From an uncultured Candidatus Saccharibacteria bacterium (lineage in GTDB: Bacteria > Patescibacteriota > Minisyncoccia > Phycocordibacterales > UBA9973): 64,000 nt of DNA. Both the position numbers and the translations under genes were made by a program. The notes under the pieces are model-generated. The model was not told the origin of the DNA. It did no database searches and saw only the letters and a program-made list of their open reading frames with translations. Position 1 is the stretch's first letter; every line of letters begins with the position of its first letter. The stretch is from positions 2,813-66,812 of the forward strand of contig CAZSWF010000001.1 in NCBI GenBank assembly GCA_964610995.1, in the 5' to 3' direction. Positions 53,601-60,143 of the stretch are shown here, one piece after another.

Positions 53601-53627
53601 AAAGTGTTTAGTATTGCGTATTCGTAA
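50610..53627 (+). CDS. Large surface/membrane protein: signal peptide, 7 Gloeo_Verruco-like repeats (probable beta-propeller), Ig-like domains, (PE)n/Pro-rich stalk, 4 TM helices interleaved with two CarboxypepD_reg-like domains
   Basis: Seven ~50-aa repeats each containing LYG(T/M)Txx GGxxxxG(V/T)IF; DTEAPTVSF...AKDAAGNVS Ig-like domain; PEPEPEPEPEPEPD linker; GTVYDAITKQPVDPVRVSLIDIDGNVVETSITDSSGRYGF and GRIYDLYGKPLAHVTMKVHS...AGRYYLHLPQGLYYV. Confidence 0.8.
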   Translation: MKFFQKLIVTICLVLTIIVSGIFLASAQDLIDYPYSFGDTGVECGFQPTSSLTYVESEKKLYGMTTRGGINNLGVVFAYDPYGATCSILHEFNTPEGVLPTGSLTYVESEQKLYGTTTAGGASDQGTIFSLRVDGTEYVTVKDFAGAEGSNPKTSLTYVESEQKLYGTTSTGGTNATGVIFSYTLSDGTYTVLHNFDSGIDIIGSLTYLENENSLYGMATKGGPDDNGVIFRFNLTQSIYETAYSFGNKVEGTAPFGALTAVGKTLYGRTRSEGEFKFGVIFSIRGEQYTVLHNFETANDADFNSALLFDGVRKVYGTTSVGGANNAGVLFSYDLADNTYSVRDVLSTGIRPVGSLAMLSQSLLYGMTSEGGVKATGTIFNFTFLDIYPDPFSFDSVENIPKKTTIKSNAITVDGLSPGVSAAITLSECYAGDCGYLVNGEIDVPTVSNGDSVQITLTALDCDESYSPVITIEGVQASFDVKTEVCSSGGGDPDTEAPTVSFTMPSSGSNLTVSVAFDALDNTGATGYMLTESATLPEASDERWQASAPASYTFSTYGSYTLYAWAKDAAGNVSAETSQTITLTDPTPPPPDPEPEPEPEPEPEPDDEDAGGGGGRSSSGSNIAGAGLVGVQPSTPSAPQAVVEVVPVVPAPVVDTPRPRPEPTIVLDSPIKQAIKRNFTPAQVAIIEVSIKAIIATVTAIGGAIVLASVLFLNPLARPEFILIPLRLWALLLAALGIRKKPVPWGTVYDAITKQPVDPVRVSLIDIDGNVVETSITDSSGRYGFIAKPGVYKMVLSKTNYLFPSHVIAQKNMRDELYEKPYFGDYLPYDPAIPIEKNIPIDPLDFDTAAFAKNNGDLSVHYSRREEIAERLFNTLFFTTFAVVVASLIIYPQMYNVIIFLLYIAAFIFRRQAKRAKHMGRIYDLYGKPLAHVTMKVHSAVDNSLIKTITTTRAGRYYLHLPQGLYYVRVERTGPDGLSVPVYSSPEILMVRHGILNKVFSIAYS

Positions 53628-53648
53628 AGAGGTGCTACAACTACTACA

Positions 53649-54830
53649 GTGAAATTTACGATACAGAAAAAACTAGACGGCACACTTGCGCGTGCGGGGG
53701 AGCTGGTGACTCCACATGGTGTCATACAGACGCCGGCATTTGTGACGGTGGGGACCAAGTCGACGGTCAAGTCTCTGACGACTGAGCAGATACGCAGCCT
53801 CGGCGCACAAGTCGTACTTGCCAACACATACCATCTGTATCTCCAGCCAGGCACTGATGTGGTGGAGAAGGCGGGAGGATTTGGGAAGTTTATGGACTGG
53901 CACGGACCTACCATGACCGACAGTGGCGGATTTCAGGCATTTTCACTCGGAGCAGCATTTGGTAACAACGTGTCCAAGGTTGCAACAGGTGACGCTGTCT
54001 CAGACATATCTGCGACCAAAGGGCAGCTTGCGATAGTGACTGATGAAGGTGTGACGTTCAAGAGTCATCTCAACGGTGACAAACACCTCTTTACTCCCGA
54101 GAGTTCGATGCTCGCACAATGGAAGATAGGCGCGGACATGATATTTGCATTTGATGAATGCACGAGCCCGAGTGCGCCGTACGAGTATCAAGAGAAGTCT
54201 CTTGCGCGTACGTATGCATGGGCCAAGCGGTGTATCGATGCACATGAAGCACTCGATGTGGAAAAGAAACAAGCACTCTTTGGTGTCGTACAAGGTGGAC
54301 GCTTCCAAGATTTGCGAGAGAAGGCCGCACGAGATCTCGGCGCACTGCCGTTTGACGGCTACGGTATTGGCGGGTCATTTACCAAAGACGACATCGGGAC
54401 CGCCGTAGGGTGGGTCAATGCAATATTGCCCGAAGACAAACCGCGACACCTACTCGGCATCGGAGAGCCTATCGACCTCTTTGAAGGAGTCCAAGCTGGG
54501 TGTGACCTCTTTGACTGCGTGCTCCCGACACGCATCGGGCGACACGGCACACTCTTTACACACGACGGCAAAATCCATATCAAAAATGCACAATACGTCG
54601 AAGACTTCGGTCCGCTTGAGCAGGGTTGTACGTGCTACACGTGTACACATCACACTCGCGCGTACATTGCGCACCTTTTCCGTGCAGATGAAATGACTGC
54701 CGGTACACTTGCAAGTATTCACAATATTCATTTCCTCTTGCGATTGGTAGAAAAGATCCGAGAGACTATCCTCGACGGCACATTTTTTGAGTACAAAAAG
54801 GCATTTGTGGAGCGGTATTATAAGAAATAA
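53649..54830 (+). CDS. tgt: Queuine tRNA-ribosyltransferase
   Basis: Catalytic Asp context, Zn site CTCYTCTHHTRAYIAHL, 393 aa. Confidence 0.95.
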   Translation: MKFTIQKKLDGTLARAGELVTPHGVIQTPAFVTVGTKSTVKSLTTEQIRSLGAQVVLANTYHLYLQPGTDVVEKAGGFGKFMDWHGPTMTDSGGFQAFSLGAAFGNNVSKVATGDAVSDISATKGQLAIVTDEGVTFKSHLNGDKHLFTPESSMLAQWKIGADMIFAFDECTSPSAPYEYQEKSLARTYAWAKRCIDAHEALDVEKKQALFGVVQGGRFQDLREKAARDLGALPFDGYGIGGSFTKDDIGTAVGWVNAILPEDKPRHLLGIGEPIDLFEGVQAGCDLFDCVLPTRIGRHGTLFTHDGKIHIKNAQYVEDFGPLEQGCTCYTCTHHTRAYIAHLFRADEMTAGTLASIHNIHFLLRLVEKIRETILDGTFFEYKKAFVERYYKK

Positions 54831-54869
54831 CTTTATATTTTCTTTATCTCGGTTCGGTATAGTATAGAA

Positions 54870-55394
54870 ATGAAGTTAAATATCTATATCGATGGCAACA
54901 ATTTGTATCGGGCCGCAAAAGAGCTGGGATTTTATATTGATTACAAAAAATTTCGGGGATGGCTTCGCCAAAAGTATAATCCTAAAAACGTTTTTGTATT
55001 TATAGGACTCATTCCTGATAGAACGAGTTTTTATCAACATTTACAAGAAAGTGGATTTATTCTCATTTTCAAACAAACGATTTCTGTAGAAGGTATCGTT
55101 AAAGGAAACTGTGATGCCGAATTAGTTTTGAAGGCAGTTTCAGATTTTTATACTAAAAAAACAAACTCTTTCATTCTTGTTACAGGAGACGGAGATTTTG
55201 GATGTCTTGTTGGGTTTCTGCAAGAAAACAATGTCTTTAACAGAATATTGGCACCGAGCAGAGAAAAGCTATCGTTTCTACTTCGTAATAAAACAGAAGA
55301 CATTACTTTTCTGACTGATCATTATCATAAGTTTTCTACTCAAAAAGAAAAAGCCCCCGGTGGAGACGTATCTACACGAGGTTCTTTTTCATAG
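54870..55394 (+). CDS. NYN/LabA-like (PIN-fold) domain protein, AT-rich
   Basis: MKLNIYIDGNNLY..., VFVFIG..., ILVTGDGDF acidic motifs of the NYN domain. Confidence 0.7.
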   Translation: MKLNIYIDGNNLYRAAKELGFYIDYKKFRGWLRQKYNPKNVFVFIGLIPDRTSFYQHLQESGFILIFKQTISVEGIVKGNCDAELVLKAVSDFYTKKTNSFILVTGDGDFGCLVGFLQENNVFNRILAPSREKLSFLLRNKTEDITFLTDHYHKFSTQKEKAPGGDVSTRGSFS

Positions 55395-55542
55395 TGACCA
55401 ACCTATTGTAACATAGATTTGTATCATTATGCAATTACCTTATTACTAAGGAGGGCCGAAGCCGTTTGTAAATTAATCGTAACAAACCATACTACTTTTG
55501 TCAATTACGCAAATAATTTAAAATAATTGCTATACTTATCCC

Positions 55543-55665
55543 ATGATCCTCCGTAAATCATTTTTCTACATTCTCATATTCACAGCCATTGCTTCGTTTC
55601 TGACGTATCAGATCGTGCACAAGGCATACGCTATTTCGTATGACGAAGCACTGTACGATTTTTAG
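55543..55665 (+). CDS. Possible small membrane protein (40 aa)
   Basis: MILRKSFFYILIFTAIASFLTYQIVHKAYAISYDEALYDF; short ORF in intergenic region upstream of uvrB. Confidence 0.25.
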   Translation: MILRKSFFYILIFTAIASFLTYQIVHKAYAISYDEALYDF

Positions 55666-55684
55666 GGTATGGTAGTATTGCTGT

Positions 55685-57748
55685 ATGCAATTCAAACTCT
55701 CAGGAGAATACCAGCCGGCGGGTGACCAGCCAGCTGCGATCAAGGCGTTGGTCAAAGGGCTCAAGGACGGCAAGCAGATGCAAACACTGCTGGGAGCGAC
55801 CGCAACCGGTAAGACATTCACTATGGCCAACATCATAGAGAGCGTGCAGAAGCCGACACTCGTGATCGCGCACAACAAAACACTCGCCGCACAACTTGCT
55901 CAGGAGTTCAAAAGCTATTTCCCGGACAACGTCGTCCACTACTTCGTTTCGTACTACGACTATTACCAGCCCGAGGCGTACATGCCGATCACGGATACGT
56001 TTATTGAGAAAGACGCACAGATCAACAAAGAAATCGATCGACTTCGCCATGCCACAACGCAAGCATTGCTCACGCGCAAAGACGTGATCATTGTTGCGTC
56101 AGTCTCATGTATCTACGGTCTCGGTAGTCCTGTGGAGTATGAAAAGACAAATTTTAAAATAGAAAAAGGTATGAAGCTCTCGCGTACCCAAGCAATGGAG
56201 CGTCTCATCTCGATTCATTTTTCTCGAACCAATGCCGACCTTGAGAGCGGAACATTCAGAGCACTTGGCAACAAGATCGACATCATGCCCGTCTCTGACA
56301 CGATCATGTACCAGATCGACTTCACCGGCAACGTCGTGCAAAGTATCGTAAAAATAGATCCTGTATCGTCACGTATCATCACTGAGGACGAACCATTTGT
56401 ATACATTTTCCCAGCAAAGCACTTCATCACCAATGGCGAAGAAAAAGATCGCGCAGTGCGCGACATAGAGCACGAGCTCAAAGAGCAACTCAAACATTTT
56501 GAAGCAGAAGGCAAACTCCTCGAAGCAGAACGCATCAAGCGTCGCACGACGTACGACCTCGCGATGATCCGTGAGATGGGATACTGCTCCGGTATCGAAA
56601 ACTACTCTCGTCACATGTCGGGCAAAGCAGCGGGGGAGCCACCAGAAACGCTGCTTTCATACTTTCCTCATGACAAAGATGGCAAACCAGAATTTATGCT
56701 CTTTATCGATGAGTCTCATGTGACTATCCCACAGCTTGGTGGTATGTACGCAGGAGATGCATCGCGCAAGACGACACTTGTCGAGTTTGGCTTCAGACTT
56801 CCAAGCGCCAAAGACAACAGACCGCTCAAGTTCGAAGAATTTAAAGAGCGCATTGGTCAGACCATATTTGTTTCTGCTACACCGGGCAAATACGAAGCGG
56901 AGAACTCAGAGCAGATCGTGGAGCAGATCATCCGACCGACAGGACTCGTCGATCCGCTCGTAGAGGTGCGACCTATTTTAGAAAAGGGTGAGTACTTGGG
57001 CCAAGTCCAAGACTTCATCACAGAAGCCGAAAAAGAAATTGCGACCGGTGGACGCGTGCTCGCAACGACACTCACCAAACGTATGGCCGAAGACCTCTCT
57101 GCATATCTCAAGGATCGCAAGATCAAGGCTGAGTATTTGCACTCTGATATCAAGACGATTGAACGCATCCAGATCATCACCAAGTTTCGAAAAGGAGAGT
57201 TCGACATACTCGTCGGCGTGAACCTGCTACGCGAGGGCTTGGACATGCCCGAGGTGTCACTCATCGGTATTCTCGATGCGGACAAAGAAGGCTTCCTCCG
57301 TAGCGAAGTCTCACTCATCCAGACGATCGGTCGCGCAGCGCGCAATGCCAATGGTCGCGTCATACTGTATGCCGACCAGATGACTGGCTCGATGGAGCGC
57401 GCGATCGGCGAGACCACCCGTCGTCGTGAGAAACAGCTCGCGTACAACAAAGAGCACGGCATTACCCCCAAGACTATTAGCAAAGTGATCCGTGACATCA
57501 CCGAAGGTATGGAGAGTGATCATGCCAAGGCCGTCAACGCTGAGCTCGCACTCGACCTCGCGCTGTTTGCGCAGATCGAAAAGGACCAGAAGGGGCGCAA
57601 GACCAAAGGCAAAAACCCGATCGAGAAACTCATAAAAATAAAAGAAGCAGAAATGAAAGAAGCCGTGAAGCTCCTCGACTTCGAAACCGCAGCGATCCTC
57701 CGTGATGAGATCGGTGTGTTGCGGGAGAAGACGTATATCAATCCATAG
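55685..57748 (+). CDS. uvrB: Excinuclease ABC subunit B
   Basis: GATGTGKT Walker A, beta-hairpin, helicase motifs, C-terminal UVR domain (ILRDEIGVLRE). Confidence 0.97.
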   Translation: MQFKLSGEYQPAGDQPAAIKALVKGLKDGKQMQTLLGATATGKTFTMANIIESVQKPTLVIAHNKTLAAQLAQEFKSYFPDNVVHYFVSYYDYYQPEAYMPITDTFIEKDAQINKEIDRLRHATTQALLTRKDVIIVASVSCIYGLGSPVEYEKTNFKIEKGMKLSRTQAMERLISIHFSRTNADLESGTFRALGNKIDIMPVSDTIMYQIDFTGNVVQSIVKIDPVSSRIITEDEPFVYIFPAKHFITNGEEKDRAVRDIEHELKEQLKHFEAEGKLLEAERIKRRTTYDLAMIREMGYCSGIENYSRHMSGKAAGEPPETLLSYFPHDKDGKPEFMLFIDESHVTIPQLGGMYAGDASRKTTLVEFGFRLPSAKDNRPLKFEEFKERIGQTIFVSATPGKYEAENSEQIVEQIIRPTGLVDPLVEVRPILEKGEYLGQVQDFITEAEKEIATGGRVLATTLTKRMAEDLSAYLKDRKIKAEYLHSDIKTIERIQIITKFRKGEFDILVGVNLLREGLDMPEVSLIGILDADKEGFLRSEVSLIQTIGRAARNANGRVILYADQMTGSMERAIGETTRRREKQLAYNKEHGITPKTISKVIRDITEGMESDHAKAVNAELALDLALFAQIEKDQKGRKTKGKNPIEKLIKIKEAEMKEAVKLLDFETAAILRDEIGVLREKTYINP

Positions 57749-57779
57749 CACGCACCAATACGTGCTAGACTATATACAT

Positions 57780-58181
57780 ATGACACCACACACAGCAGGC
57801 GTACTGGTTTCTTTGCTTCAAATCATTATTGCACTTGGACTCATCAATGTATGGATACTGCGTTTCCACAAACGTACACAGTATCGCGGTGGCGATGCGG
57901 GCAACATGCGAGAAGAGTTTGCCGCATATGGTCTGCCGGTATGGTCAGTGTATGTGGTAGGTACGCTCAAGGTTGCTATCGCGCTCATACTCCTTGCGAC
58001 ACTCGTGGCACCAGCACTCATGTATACCGCTACAGTACTTGCGCTTGGCCTGCTTGCATTTCTCATGCTCGGCGCACTCTCGATGCACCTCAAGGTCCAT
58101 GATCGATTTACCAAATTCATCCCCGCACTTTCTATCCTTGCGATGACACTCTTGACCCTGTACCTCATGACACTCGCGTAG
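57780..58181 (+). CDS. DoxX-family membrane protein
   Basis: 4 TM; start at MTPHTAGV after uvrB terminator hairpin (AGCACG...CGTGCT at ~57747-57770). Confidence 0.55.
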   Translation: MTPHTAGVLVSLLQIIIALGLINVWILRFHKRTQYRGGDAGNMREEFAAYGLPVWSVYVVGTLKVAIALILLATLVAPALMYTATVLALGLLAFLMLGALSMHLKVHDRFTKFIPALSILAMTLLTLYLMTLA

Positions 58182-58190
58182 TTCACTAGT

Positions 58191-58586
58191 ATGGATTCAT
58201 CTACCTCATATACACAACTCCTGCGACCATCATGGGCTCCACCGAGCTGGCTTTTTGGGCCGGTGTGGAGCGTGCTCTATGCGATCATCGCTGTATCATT
58301 TGGCACTGTCTTTTACAAAACATGGAAAGGGGAGCTCTCGTTTGCAGTAGTACTTCCATTCATCCTCAACCTCATCTTCAACTTTTCATTTACCTATTTC
58401 CAGTTTGGTATTAAAAATAACTTACTCGCCTCAATCGACATCGTACTCGTACTCATTACGCTCATCTGGGCGATAGTCGCTATCTACCCACACGTGCGCT
58501 GGATCGCGCTTGCCAACATCCCATATCTGCTCTGGGTTTCTTTTGCGACGGTGTTGCAGCTCACTATTACGGTGATGAATCGATAG
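58191..58586 (+). CDS. TspO/MBR (translocator protein) family membrane protein, short (131 aa)
   Basis: LRPSWAPPSWLFGPVWSVLY matches the TspO N-terminal signature. Confidence 0.7.
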   Translation: MDSSTSYTQLLRPSWAPPSWLFGPVWSVLYAIIAVSFGTVFYKTWKGELSFAVVLPFILNLIFNFSFTYFQFGIKNNLLASIDIVLVLITLIWAIVAIYPHVRWIALANIPYLLWVSFATVLQLTITVMNR

Positions 58587-58661
58587 TAAGAGAAAGGTAT
58601 TGACTTTTGTACAAAAAAGTGATATAATGTACTTATACTTGAACCTTTAAAAATAAAAACT

Positions 58662-59171
58662 ATGCACCCAGTTATGTTCATACTTCTCTGTATCGGAGGA
58701 GTCGCCCTGCTTATGGTATACGGTATCAACCCTGCTATTGCGCGCCGTGATGCGCGAAAATCCCAGGAAGCCATCGATCGCAATATCGAATGGCAGCTTC
58801 TGGAAGGATTGGAGTATCCTCATCAGATTACTATCGCGCTTCTGGCGCAGTATTCTGACAAAGAAAAAATCGCCCGGATTATCTCTTCTCGGATACGAGA
58901 GTACCTCGCTATTGGTGCTCATCCTCAGCAGTTGGCAAGGTTGTTTGAAAATCTCGGCCTCTATGATGAAACCAAAAAAGGTGACACCAGAGAGATTGAG
59001 ATTGCTGCACTGATCAAGTACTACGTGCTCGAGGATGTTTCCCGCACTGATTTAAGTAATTACCGGAGCACACTTACAAGCGACAAGGTCAGAGGGCTGG
59101 AGAGGCTCAACATGAGCTTCATCATGAAGGCAAAGAAATCATCGTTCGTTTGGAGTCCGCTCGACAATTAG
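58662..59171 (+). CDS. Hypothetical membrane-anchored protein
   Basis: N-terminal TM, helical remainder; followed by strong terminator. Confidence 0.45.
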   Translation: MHPVMFILLCIGGVALLMVYGINPAIARRDARKSQEAIDRNIEWQLLEGLEYPHQITIALLAQYSDKEKIARIISSRIREYLAIGAHPQQLARLFENLGLYDETKKGDTREIEIAALIKYYVLEDVSRTDLSNYRSTLTSDKVRGLERLNMSFIMKAKKSSFVWSPLDN

Positions 59172-59196
59172 TCAGCGCTTCTCCCATGTTCATCAT

Positions 59197-59229
59197 CCAG
59201 TGTGTCACACGACACACTGGTTTTTTTTG
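59197..59229 (+). terminator. Rho-independent terminator (CCAGTGTGTC-acac-GACACACTGG + T8)
   Basis: 10-bp perfect stem plus TTTTTTTT. Confidence 0.7.
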
Positions 59230-59273
59230 TATAAAAATTCCCCTGTATTGCTACAGGGGACTACTGCGTATGG

Positions 59274-59690
59274 TTACGCAGCTTTTTCTTTTGGATAGAT
59301 CATAGTGTCATTTTGCCAGTCGGTATGTACCGTTTCTTTTTGGAAATCGAGCCACACCATTGTTCTGGAAGGGAAGAAGGTGTTGGGTATCTGAGCTTTA
59401 CACAGAAATTTTGAAAGAGGGTATTCTGGTGCCCAGTCCACATCTAGCGTCAGTTGCCCCTTCCTTTCGGCATACGGTGTCGCGTACTTCCTCAATTCAT
59501 CTGAAAAGATCTTGATCTGCTCGTCCGTGATTGTTGTCGCAGTATGTACACTCATTTTAGCAAAGGTGGCGAGTATTGATCCAAACCCGTCCATCCCACC
59601 GTTTGCACGATCACCATATTCTGGCTTTTTCATAAAGGAAACGTACCACTCGATGGTGGCGTCGATCATGTTAGTTGCAGTCTGTGTCAT
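59274..59690 (-). CDS. Hypothetical cytoplasmic protein
   Basis: 138 aa ORF; no recognised motif. Confidence 0.45.
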   Translation of the reverse strand: MTQTATNMIDATIEWYVSFMKKPEYGDRANGGMDGFGSILATFAKMSVHTATTITDEQIKIFSDELRKYATPYAERKGQLTLDVDWAPEYPLSKFLCKAQIPNTFFPSRTMVWLDFQKETVHTDWQNDTMIYPKEKAA

Positions 59691-59792
59691 AAAATGTGCG
59701 TTTTTATTATTGTAACATATATCACTTATTTGTCAATTTGTACGGCGGGGTAGGGGTTTGTGAAAGAAGGGGAAGTGTGGGATAGTATCAAT

Positions 59793-60140
59793 ATGGAAAA
59801 CGCCAGCAGGTTTACTGCTCTCGTAGAGCGTATCAAAAAATTCTCAGCCGATCGTGATTGGTCTCAATTTCATGACCCAAAGAACCTTGCAATATCTTTG
59901 AATCTAGAAGCTTCAGAAGTGCTTGAGTTGTATCAGTGGACAAAAGACAATCAGCTTAAACCTGAGCGTGCCGGTAAAATAAATGACGAGCTTGCAGATG
60001 TCTTTTATTGGCTTGTTCTTCTTTCAAACTACTACAATATAGATCTTGTCGAAGCACTTGATAAAAAAATGGATCAAAATGAGCAAAAATATCCAGTAGA
60101 GAAAGCGAAAGGAAAATCAGATAAATATAATGAACTGTAA
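59793..60140 (+). CDS. MazG-like all-alpha NTP pyrophosphohydrolase domain protein
   Basis: EASEVLE (ExxE) and ELADVFYWL Mg-binding helices, DQNEQKYP C-terminal region; stop is 3 nt before next ATG. Confidence 0.7.
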   Translation: MENASRFTALVERIKKFSADRDWSQFHDPKNLAISLNLEASEVLELYQWTKDNQLKPERAGKINDELADVFYWLVLLSNYYNIDLVEALDKKMDQNEQKYPVEKAKGKSDKYNEL

Positions 60141-60143
60141 TGT

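Noticed and set aside
55558-55878. 106-aa minus-strand ORF overlapping the uvrB start
   Set aside because: Antisense to the highly conserved uvrB N-terminus; no RBS or motifs.
57702-57779. Upstream 26 codons of the DoxX ORF overlapping the uvrB 3' end
   Set aside because: Overlaps the uvrB C-terminus and the uvrB terminator hairpin; hydrophobic protein begins at 57780.
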